Below, piece after piece: positions 38,642-45,953 of a DNA stretch of 64,000 nucleotides. Source of the stretch: an uncultured Lachnospiraceae bacterium (GTDB lineage: Bacteria; Bacillota; Clostridia; Lachnospirales; Lachnospiraceae); NCBI GenBank assembly GCA_949738465.1, contig CATJBQ010000110.1, positions 22,608 through 86,607 of the forward strand, in the 5' to 3' direction. The position numbers and the translations under genes were made by a program. Each line of letters opens with the position of its first letter. Position 1 is the first letter of the stretch. The notes beneath the pieces are model-generated. The model worked only from the letters and a program-made list of their open reading frames with translations. It was not told the origin of the DNA and did no database searches.

Positions 38642-39343
38642 ATGAAAAAGAAAATTTTGATGGGAAGCGCGGTTCTCCTGTACCTGGCGGCTTTTTTGCT
38701 GATCGGTTTTTATTTCTATATGGATTTCAGCAGGGATTACGGACTGTCGCCGTCTGGCAGGGTGATGGTTCTGCTGGGGAGCTGTCTTGCGATGTATCCG
38801 GGAGGAGTGCTGCTGTCGAAGGCTGTGCCGCACAGGATCGGGAACAGGGCGTTAAGGTGGAATCTTGTGGTCTGGCTGGCCCTTTATGTGATTTTGCTGT
38901 GTACCCTGACGCTGTTCGACGAGACCTTTTCCAGAGGCGGTCTGCGCCTGGTGGCGTGGAATCGTGAAAGATTAGATCAGTATCTGCGGTATTCCTTTAA
39001 TCCGGCGCCCTTTGCCACCATCTGGCCCTATGTGGCTGGTTTTGCAAAAGGGGAGCTGGCGCCCTATATTTTTGTATACAATATTCTGGGAAATATTGCG
39101 GCGTTGATGCCCTTCGGGTTTTTCCTGCCCCTTTTATTTGGCAGGCAGGAGCGGTTCGGGTGGTTTCTGCTTACCATGGTGGGGATTGTGGCTGTGATCG
39201 AGCTGCTGCAGTTTGCCACGCTTTCCGGCTCCTGTGACATCGATGATCTGATTCTGAATGTGCTGGGTGCTTCGGCCATGTTTGCCCTGCTCCGGATCAA
39301 AGGGATCCGGCGGCTGGTGCGGCGCATTTTCCTGCTGGAGTAG
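38642..39343 (+). CDS. VanZ-family membrane protein
   Basis: Multi-TM protein with NILGNIAALMPFGFFLP...ELLQFAT..GSCDIDDLILNVLGA, the VanZ-like core. Confidence 0.8.
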   Translation: MKKKILMGSAVLLYLAAFLLIGFYFYMDFSRDYGLSPSGRVMVLLGSCLAMYPGGVLLSKAVPHRIGNRALRWNLVVWLALYVILLCTLTLFDETFSRGGLRLVAWNRERLDQYLRYSFNPAPFATIWPYVAGFAKGELAPYIFVYNILGNIAALMPFGFFLPLLFGRQERFGWFLLTMVGIVAVIELLQFATLSGSCDIDDLILNVLGASAMFALLRIKGIRRLVRRIFLLE

Positions 39344-39416
39344 CCGGAAGGCCGAAACAGGAAGGGTTTCATACAAAAAGAGAATTGATGTCTGGATAAA
39401 CGGGGAATACATAAGA

Positions 39417-40730
39417 ATGCTTTACGATTATATATTTTATTTTTTTCTATACGCGTTTCTGGGATGGTGCATGGAGGTTGTTTATGCGGCGGTGCAGAAG
39501 CGGAAGCTGGTAAACCGGGGGCTTTTAAACGGCATGCTGTGTCCGGTGTACGGCTTTTCCATGGTGTTTTTGCTGGTCTTTTTCCAGGGGCTTAAGGGAA
39601 GTCCCTTCTTTCTGTTCCTGGCCTGCATTACGGTGACCAGCGTGTTCGAATGGGTGACGGGGATGCTGCTGGAGAAAATCCTGGGGCAGAGGTGCTGGGA
39701 TTATTCCGGCTATCGGGATCACATCGGAACCTATATCTGCCTGCGGTTTTCTGTGGTCTGGGCGGTGGCGGCGTCGGTGGTGCTGGAATTTATCCATCCT
39801 TTGGCGGAATCCCTGTTTCATTCCCTTCCGGTTCTGCTGGGAAGAATTCTGGAGGCGGCCCTTCTGGCGCTTCTGGCAGTGGATGCTCTGGCAACGGGGG
39901 CGGCGCTTGGCAGGATGAAGCTGGAAAATTCGCAGCTTAAGGAGATTGCCAGAGGGCTCCGGAGGGCATCGGGGGCGCTGGATAACGCCATCACCCGGCG
40001 TGTGGAAGGACGAATGCGTAAGGTTTTTCCCACGGCGGAGGAAGCGCAGGAGGAGCAGGAGCGGAAGAAACGGGAGCAGGAGGCGAAGCGGAGGATTTTT
40101 GCTTACGGCTGCGGGGTACATAAGCTGATCTGGCTGTTTTTCCTGGGAGCCCTTCTGGGGGACCTTGTGGAGACGGTGTTCTGCCTGGTTACCACCGGGC
40201 GGCTGATGAGCCGCAGCAGTGTGGTGTACGGACCCTTCAGCATTGTCTGGGGCGCCGGGATCGCGGGATTTACCTTGCTGCTGCACCGGTATCAGGAAAA
40301 GAAGGATATGGCGTTATTTTTCCTGGGGACGGTACTGGGCGGTATTTATGAATATATCTGCAGCGTCTTCACAGAACTGGTGTTTGGTACTGTTTTTTGG
40401 GATTACAGCGATATTCCCTTTAATCTGGGCGGGCGGATCAATCTTTTGTACTGCTTTTTCTGGGGAATTGCGGCGGTGGTCTGGATGAAGGTTCTCTATC
40501 CGAAGGTGTCCGCCTGGATCGAGCGGATTCCCATGGGGGTGGGCCGGGCCTTAAGCTGTGTATTTGTGGTGTTTATGGCGGTCAATATGGTGATTTCCGG
40601 TATGGCTCTTGGACGCTACAGCCAGCGGGCGGAAGGGGTATCGGCCAGGAACCGGCTGGAGGAGATTCTGGATGAGCGGTTTGACGATGGGCGGATGGAG
40701 CGGATTTATCCTAATGCCATAAGAAAATAG
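39417..40730 (+). CDS. membrane protein with two copies of the 'putative ABC-transporter type IV' (CmpB-like) module
   Basis: MLYDYIFYFFLYAFLGWCMEVVYAAV...NGMLCPVYGF recurs as ...LFFLGALLGDLVETVFC...VVYGPFSIVWG. The copies are separated by a Glu/Lys/Arg-rich linker (EEAQEEQERKKREQEAKRR). Confidence 0.65.
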   Translation: MLYDYIFYFFLYAFLGWCMEVVYAAVQKRKLVNRGLLNGMLCPVYGFSMVFLLVFFQGLKGSPFFLFLACITVTSVFEWVTGMLLEKILGQRCWDYSGYRDHIGTYICLRFSVVWAVAASVVLEFIHPLAESLFHSLPVLLGRILEAALLALLAVDALATGAALGRMKLENSQLKEIARGLRRASGALDNAITRRVEGRMRKVFPTAEEAQEEQERKKREQEAKRRIFAYGCGVHKLIWLFFLGALLGDLVETVFCLVTTGRLMSRSSVVYGPFSIVWGAGIAGFTLLLHRYQEKKDMALFFLGTVLGGIYEYICSVFTELVFGTVFWDYSDIPFNLGGRINLLYCFFWGIAAVVWMKVLYPKVSAWIERIPMGVGRALSCVFVVFMAVNMVISGMALGRYSQRAEGVSARNRLEEILDERFDDGRMERIYPNAIRK

Positions 40731-40765
40731 AAAAAATGGAAGTGGAAGCAATAAAAAAGTCCCTC

Positions 40766-40843
40766 TTGACAAATTAGTTCATTGGCAGTAAACTAAAGTT
40801 AGTTTATTCTCAATGAACTAATTTTAGTTTACTGCCAATGAAC
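40766..40843 (+). promoter_or_regulatory. promoter overlapped by nested inverted repeats (candidate BlaI-family operator)
   Basis: TTGACA (40766) -17- TAAACT (40789). A perfect 21-bp inverted repeat pairs gttcattggcagtaaactaaa (40777-40797) with tttagtttactgccaatgaac (40823-40843). Local palindromes AAACTAAagTTAGTTT and AACTAAttTTAGTT are also present. Confidence 0.6.
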
Positions 40844-40863
40844 GAAAAGAAGGAGGGATTTTT

Positions 40864-41232
40864 TTGATTGACACGAATTTGGGAGTCGTAGAAGCGCGTT
40901 TCGCGGATCTGATCTGGCAGAACGAACCCATCCACTCCAGAGAGCTGGCCGCAATCTGTGCCCGGGAGCTTCAATGGAAGCGCCCAACCACCTATAATGT
41001 GCTGCGGAAGCTCTGCGAGAAGGGAATTTTCCAGAATCAGGAAGGAATGGTTTCCGCGAAGGTCAGCCGCCGGGAATTTTACGGGATGCAGGGGGAGCAG
41101 TTTGTGGAGGAGGCCTTTGACGGATCACTGCCGGCTTTTGTAGCCGCGTTTACGGCGAGGAAGCGGCTGTCGGAGGAGGAAGTACAGGAGCTTTTAGACA
41201 TTATCCAGGGAGACAGGGAGGAAAGGGGGTAA
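40864..41232 (+). CDS. BlaI/MecI/CopY-family transcriptional repressor
   Basis: 122 aa with the winged-helix pattern EARFADLIWQNEPIHSRELAAICARELQWKRPTTYNVLRKLCEKG. TTG start at 40864 after GGAGGGA. Immediately upstream of an M56 peptidase gene. Confidence 0.85.
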   Translation: MIDTNLGVVEARFADLIWQNEPIHSRELAAICARELQWKRPTTYNVLRKLCEKGIFQNQEGMVSAKVSRREFYGMQGEQFVEEAFDGSLPAFVAAFTARKRLSEEEVQELLDIIQGDREERG

Positions 41233-41237
41233 TCGGC

Positions 41238-43220
41238 ATGACTGCTTTGCGCGAACTGTTTCTGGGGATTGTGAATATGACCATTACGGCCAGCGTCGTG
41301 ATTGTGGTTGTTCTGTTGCTGCGCCTGCTGCTTGCCCGGCTGCCGAAGCGGTTTTCCTACGTGCTGTGGGGGATCGTGCTGTTTCGGCTGCTCTGCCCCA
41401 TTTCGCTGCCTTCGCCCATTTCTGTGCTGGATGTCACGGAAGGCCGGGCGACGGACAGAGGAGGTATGGAATATTTTTCACAGACAGATCAGGGTGAAAT
41501 TTCCGCTTCCATGACATTGCTTCCCCAGACGGATCAGGCCGCAGACGATCATCCGGGGGTCAATGCTGTCATTAGCTTTCGGGAACGGATGGTTCCGGCG
41601 CTTGCTCTGGCGTGGTTTTTGGGGGCCATTGTGATGCTTGGAATCAGTATCTGGTCTATGGCCCGTCTGGTAAAACGGGTGGAATGCTCCATGCGGCTTA
41701 AGGAAAATATCTATCTGGCAGACCATATTTTTTCGCCTTTTGTGCTGGGGCTGGTGCGGCCGCGGATCTACCTTCCATCCGGCTTAAGCGCGGAGGAGCG
41801 GGAATATATCCTTCTTCACGAGCAGTATCATATCAAGAGAAAAGACTATATATTTAAAATTTTAGCTTTTATAGCGTTGTGCCTGCACTGGTTTAATCCA
41901 TTAGCATGGCTGGCTTTTGTCCTGGCCGGCCGGGATATGGAGATGAGCTGTGATGAGGCGGTGATGAAAAGGATGGACCAGGACGTCCGCAGGGAGTACG
42001 CGGGCTTGCTGCTGCAGCTCTCTACCGGAAAACGATTGATTTTCGGGACGCCGCTGGCTTTTGGCGAAGGGAACCCCAAAGGGCGGATTAAGAACATTAT
42101 GCATGTGAAAAAGCCTGCGGTTTTTGTGGTGGCCGCGTCTGTGGCGGTCTGCATCGCGGCGGCCGGTTGCCTGATGACGAATCCTGCCGAAAGCCGCCCT
42201 TCCATGAAGTGGGCCAGGGAACTTTCGGAAGATGAGGTGGCCTATGTGGAGCTTGTGGTGATGCCACAGTCCCCGGAAAAGCAATACCGCTATTTTGATG
42301 AAAATGAGGTGACGGAGCTTGTGGGACTGATCCGGGAAAGCCGTGGGAAATATCTGGCGAACCATGAGGAGACAGATGGTGGCAGCATTTTTTTCTACCT
42401 CACCATGAAGGACGGAACCACCCATAAGGTAGGAAATATCGGAAATGTGTATTTAAATGTGGACGGCGATTACTATGACGCCGGATACGAGTGGCTTTCC
42501 ACCTGGGATGACAGCTTCGGGGCAGGAAATGAGAGGCTTCCGGCGGGATTTTATGAGAATCCGGATCAGGGCAGCGTGTCGGTGGAGTTTCAGGCCCGGG
42601 TTATTGAGGCCCGGGACGGGTATCTGCTGGTGGAACCGGTGGAGGGCGCGGCTGAGCGGGGCTCCGCAGACCGTATCGATGTTCCCATCCAACATATAGA
42701 TCCCTCTCCGGAACCGGAGGTGGGTGATCTGGTGGAGATCAGCTACGATGGCATGATTATGGAGAGCTATCCGGCACAGTTGGGGGAGGTATATGAGATT
42801 ACGGTGCTGGAAGAAGGGGCAGGGCCAGCGGAAACGGAACAAAGCAATAACGCCACAGATCCGGCGAAAACGGAACAAAGCAATGGCGCCACAGATCCGG
42901 CGGAAGAAGTGCTGGAGGGGCTACTGCTGGAAATCTGCTCCGGCGGGGCGGAAGCGTCGTCCAACCCGGGAGATTATCTTGCGGCCAGTCCCAGGCAGTA
43001 CCAGGAGCTGTTAAGCTATGGGGATGCCACTGTCCGCTATTGCTTCCGGCGTTTTGAGCGGGGAAATGAGACAGGGCTGGAGGGGCAGCTTATGGCGCTG
43101 ATCTGTCAGGAGCTTCTGGAGAGTGAAGGGAAAATCCCGGCGGAGGCGGCTGACGGACAGGCATGGTATGAGGCGCTGAAAGCCCATGGGAGCAATGTGG
43201 TGGAGGCGTATCTGGAATAG
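41238..43220 (+). CDS. M56-family (BlaR1-like) membrane metalloprotease with a non-penicillin-binding C-terminal sensor region
   Basis: N-terminal TMs plus the zinc motif LLHEQYHIKRKDY. The ~330-aa extracytoplasmic C-terminus shows none of the class-D/PBP-like context I would expect around STxK or KTG. Confidence 0.8.
   Translation: MTALRELFLGIVNMTITASVVIVVVLLLRLLLARLPKRFSYVLWGIVLFRLLCPISLPSPISVLDVTEGRATDRGGMEYFSQTDQGEISASMTLLPQTDQAADDHPGVNAVISFRERMVPALALAWFLGAIVMLGISIWSMARLVKRVECSMRLKENIYLADHIFSPFVLGLVRPRIYLPSGLSAEEREYILLHEQYHIKRKDYIFKILAFIALCLHWFNPLAWLAFVLAGRDMEMSCDEAVMKRMDQDVRREYAGLLLQLSTGKRLIFGTPLAFGEGNPKGRIKNIMHVKKPAVFVVAASVAVCIAAAGCLMTNPAESRPSMKWARELSEDEVAYVELVVMPQSPEKQYRYFDENEVTELVGLIRESRGKYLANHEETDGGSIFFYLTMKDGTTHKVGNIGNVYLNVDGDYYDAGYEWLSTWDDSFGAGNERLPAGFYENPDQGSVSVEFQARVIEARDGYLLVEPVEGAAERGSADRIDVPIQHIDPSPEPEVGDLVEISYDGMIMESYPAQLGEVYEITVLEEGAGPAETEQSNNATDPAKTEQSNGATDPAEEVLEGLLLEICSGGAEASSNPGDYLAASPRQYQELLSYGDATVRYCFRRFERGNETGLEGQLMALICQELLESEGKIPAEAADGQAWYEALKAHGSNVVEAYLE
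42828..42899. repeat. in-frame 36-bp tandem duplication in the BlaR1-like sensor region
   Basis: gcggaaacggaacaaagcaataacgccacagatccg is followed by gcgaaaacggaacaaagcaatggcgccacagatccg (AETEQSNNATDP/AKTEQSNGATDP). Confidence 0.9.
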
Positions 43221-43234
43221 GGCCGGAGGCGGGA

Positions 43235-43954
43235 TTACCCCTCCAGGTCAAATTCCCTTTCTCCGGTTTCGCAGCAGATTCTAAGGACGACGGAATGACA
43301 GCCCAGCAGATCCCTGCCGGCATCGTCCGTTACGCTGCCCTTTAGTGAAGCCGTCAGGTCTCCCTTAAAGGAACGGCCGATGGAAATGTCCGTGATACTG
43401 GAATTTTGCCTGATCAGATCCAGGGAAACAGGGGCTCCCTGGGAGTCGGTTTCCTCCCATTCGTCACAAAATTCCTTCACTTCTTGATGGAATTCTGCTG
43501 TAAACGTTTGCTGCCTGTCGTATACATGCTCCAGGGCCCGGAATGCTTTTTCTACATCGGCCTCTGGTATGTCGATGCTGATCCGGGGAAGGGGGGAATC
43601 GCCGAAGGGAGCCGGGGCTGGGCACTGCTTCAGCTTCAGAGTATGCTTGTTTGTATCCTTTTCAAAAATGCATGTTCCGAACCGTGGGTCCTCTATTTTT
43701 ACATCTGTAAGATATAATTCCCGGTATTGCAGATATTTTTGGTGCAGGCGGTTCTCCTTTCTTTTTTGCCGGAGGGAGCGCAGCAGGAGGAGGAGAACCG
43801 GCGCCAAAAGCATTGCGCCCAGTCCGTAAAAAAGCGCGATGACAAGATAGGGACTGCTGTCCTCGGAATTTACAATGGCAAAAAAGGCGGCAACGGCAAG
43901 GATCGCGCCGGGGAATGTGCAAAAAAGATAGGGATGGTTTTTGACGGGTTTCAT
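43235..43954 (-). CDS. hypothetical membrane-anchored protein
   Basis: AAGGAGG precedes the ATG at 43954. Two N-terminal TMs are followed by a ~160-aa soluble domain with no motif I recognise. Convergent with the M56 gene. Confidence 0.45.
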   Translation of the reverse strand: MKPVKNHPYLFCTFPGAILAVAAFFAIVNSEDSSPYLVIALFYGLGAMLLAPVLLLLLRSLRQKRKENRLHQKYLQYRELYLTDVKIEDPRFGTCIFEKDTNKHTLKLKQCPAPAPFGDSPLPRISIDIPEADVEKAFRALEHVYDRQQTFTAEFHQEVKEFCDEWEETDSQGAPVSLDLIRQNSSITDISIGRSFKGDLTASLKGSVTDDAGRDLLGCHSVVLRICCETGEREFDLEG

Positions 43955-44132
43955 GGGGGCCTCCTTTGGGGCGGGGTGGTTTCTGTTTACATTATACACA
44001 TAACGGAGGCGGAAGGGAAGGGCGGGATTGGGAAAGGCATAAAAAAGATGACATAAAAAAGTGATAAAACTTGTCAGAAAAATGTTGCTGGCCTCTTGAT
44101 TTCTGCGGAAATTGTGATATACTTATGTCTAT

Positions 44133-44205
44133 GGGGCATTAGCGCAGTTGGGAGCGCGCAACATTCGCATTGTTGAGGCCGTGGGTTCGAATCCCATATG
44201 CTCCA
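44133..44205 (+). tRNA. tRNA-Ala (anticodon CGC)
   Basis: 73-nt cloverleaf. Acceptor GGGGCAT/ATGCTCC with the G3:U70 alanine identity pair, D-arm GCGC-AGTTGGGA-GCGC, anticodon arm CAACA-TTCGCAT-TGTTG, T-arm GTGGG-TTCGAAT-CCCAT. No encoded CCA. An extended -10 promoter (TTGATT...TGATATACT) lies just upstream. Confidence 0.9.
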
Positions 44206-44274
44206 TGAGGAGTGCCAGAGGGCCGGGAAATACAAGAATCCTTAGAGATTTCGGTGTTTTCCGGCCTTTTGATT
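44183..44274. repeat. direct repeat copy 1 (attL-like): 3' 23 nt of tRNA-Ala plus ~69 nt downstream
   Basis: gggttcgaatcccatatgctccatgag(gag)tgccagagggccgggaaatacaagaatccttagagatttcggtgttttccggcc(t/c)tttgatt recurs at 45832-45920. The only differences are a 3-nt indel and one substitution. Confidence 0.9.
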
Positions 44275-44315
44275 AAATGGTTGCAATTTTTCAAGAGTTG
44301 GCATATAATAGACTT

Positions 44316-44430
44316 AACAAGAGAGCCGGAAGGTGAGTGCCATTCACCCGACCCGGCGCTATAAAGTAATTAGCTAAGAATAGCCGTTCCTAAACTTTGT
44401 CGAGAGCAGGACGGCTATTTCTTATTTTTC
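44316..44430 (+). ncRNA. candidate small RNA (promoter-to-terminator unit without a credible ORF)
   Basis: TTGCAA-17-TATAAT at 44281-44309. Nested stems gccgg/ccggc and ggtga/tcacc follow, then the terminator-like stem tagccgt/acggcta with tttcttattttt (44381-44430). The longest possible ORF is ~14 codons from a GTG with no spacing to its SD. Confidence 0.3.
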
Positions 44431-44526
44431 AGATTCAGAATTTCAACGATTAAAAGACGAAATGTCAGAATAATGATGAATTCCTCATTGGCCGGATCGG
44501 GCGCAAGATTGAGCTGGTGTATGGGG

Positions 44527-44799
44527 CTACATACCGAACAGATCGGCATGAGTGCCAGTACGGTCAAGATATAATTCGTTTCCGTTTATCCGGTATATAA
44601 GCAGCCAGTCCGGGGATATATGACATTCCCGCCGCCCGGTATAATTTCCTTTTAAAGTATGGTCTTTGTTTTTTGGGGGAAGTGGTGCCGGTATTCGTAA
44701 TGTATTGACAACGGCATTTAGCAGGTCAATATTATAGTTTCTTTTTTTACATAGCTTTAAGTCGCGCTTAAATTGCGATGTCAGGTTGAGTTTTAACAT
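44527..44799 (-). CDS. YafQ/RelE-superfamily type II toxin (mRNA interferase)
   Basis: 90 aa: LTSQFKRDLKLCKKRNYNIDLLNAVVNTL...LPPKNKDHTLKGNYTGRRECHISPDWLLIYRI, which fits the YafQ-type pattern. Confidence 0.8.
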   Translation of the reverse strand: MLKLNLTSQFKRDLKLCKKRNYNIDLLNAVVNTLRIPAPLPPKNKDHTLKGNYTGRRECHISPDWLLIYRINGNELYLDRTGTHADLFGM

Positions 44800-44802
44800 A
44801 GG

Positions 44803-45045
44803 CTATTCCTCCAGGATTTTGGAGAATAATTCCTCTGTTGTCCCCTCAAAGTGCTGCCCGCTCCCCGTCCTTATCATTTCGTCCGTTTCGGCCATTGCTG
44901 CTATTGTTGTTTCGTTTGGCTGGAAATTTGGGTATAGATCAAGTCCCGACATTTCCCCAAGTCCTTCCAGCATATTGATAACGAAAATCATTTTATCATC
45001 TGGTAAACGGTCAATCATGTTCTTTGCTATTTCTTGATAACTCAT
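44803..45045 (-). CDS. cognate antitoxin (family not assigned)
   Basis: 80-aa acidic protein ending 3 nt before the toxin start. GAAAGGAAG precedes the ATG at 45045. Assignment rests on position. Confidence 0.55.
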   Translation of the reverse strand: MSYQEIAKNMIDRLPDDKMIFVINMLEGLGEMSGLDLYPNFQPNETTIAAMAETDEMIRTGSGQHFEGTTEELFSKILEE

Positions 45046-45149
45046 AGATGCACTTCCTTTCATGGTTAATGTATGTGGATTTGGTGTAAATTATTGATGT
45101 CCTGTCGCTGTATGAGGAATATGTCTGTTATATAGTTGTCGGGGATTGG

Positions 45150-45578
45150 CTAAGGTTCGTCTGGCTTGGCGTAAAGGGGGAGGTGGGTTAATGCATCTAT
45201 CCTCTTTACAGATTCTTTTCTTCCATCATCATTCAATTTTTTATATGCGCCTAATATTCCTCTTAATGGAACAGCGGTCGTTTCCTGTTCTTGGCTCATT
45301 ACCCAATCTTCGCTAAGTAACGAATGAAATAACGCATAAGCTTGTGTTTGGCCATCTTCAAATGTTATAAATTGATATTGGTGTGCTTCATGGTCATAAT
45401 AGATAAGGACATCTAACGCTTCTACTATTTTATCTAAAGTATCTGTTTTTGGCATCCGCTTTCCACTTTCATATAATGAATAGGTAGAACGTTTGACGCC
45501 TAATAAATTAGCCATTTCTTCTTGGGTTAAATGTCTTTTTGTACGCTCTTGTTTCAATGCTTCATAAAAGTCTGGCAT
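45150..45578 (-). CDS. XRE-family HTH regulator (phage-repressor-like)
   Basis: The N-terminal HTH reads LKQERTKRHLTQEEMANLLGVKRSTYSLYESGKRMPKTDTLDKIVEAL, followed by a ~75-aa C-terminal domain. The divergent upstream region contains repeated aatttgcag boxes and a + strand TTGTAT-18-TATAAT promoter. Confidence 0.8.
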   Translation of the reverse strand: MPDFYEALKQERTKRHLTQEEMANLLGVKRSTYSLYESGKRMPKTDTLDKIVEALDVLIYYDHEAHQYQFITFEDGQTQAYALFHSLLSEDWVMSQEQETTAVPLRGILGAYKKLNDDGRKESVKRIDALTHLPLYAKPDEP

Positions 45579-45831
45579 CAGAATATCCCTCCTACTTAGA
45601 TATTATAATAGTTAGTTATATAAAGGTCAATCATTTTTGCTACAATTTGCAGAATTTGCAGAAAAATCTTGTATGAGACGGGGGAATCTTTCTATAATCA
45701 TTAACGGGAAGAACTAGAACATTGCTTAAGATTGCCGAAGTCCTAGACGTAATATTATTACATCAGGCTGAAAGAAAATGTCACAAAATGCTTAATATGC
45801 GCAAATACTGCAATTTATGCCCCAATATTCA

Positions 45832-45920
45832 GGGTTCGAATCCCATATGCTCCATGAGTGCCAGAGGGCCGGGAAATACAAGAATCCTTAGAGATTTCGG
45901 TGTTTTCCGGCCCTTTGATT
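45832..45920. repeat. direct repeat copy 2 (attR-like), partial tRNA-Ala 3' end plus downstream sequence
   Basis: See copy 1. Identity begins exactly at GGGTTCGAATCCCATATGCTCCA (T-loop to 3' end of the tRNA). Confidence 0.9.
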
Positions 45921-45953
45921 CAGATTTATATTGTCATGACACAACAGAGCCAT

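Larger units (their letters stand above)
44275..45831. mobile_element. remnant of a tRNA-Ala-integrated element (no integrase) carrying a toxin-antitoxin pair and an XRE repressor
   Basis: Low-GC 1.56-kb segment bounded by the ~90-bp direct repeats that include the tRNA 3' end. It contains a YafQ/RelE-type toxin, an antitoxin, an XRE repressor and a divergent promoter region. Confidence 0.6.
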
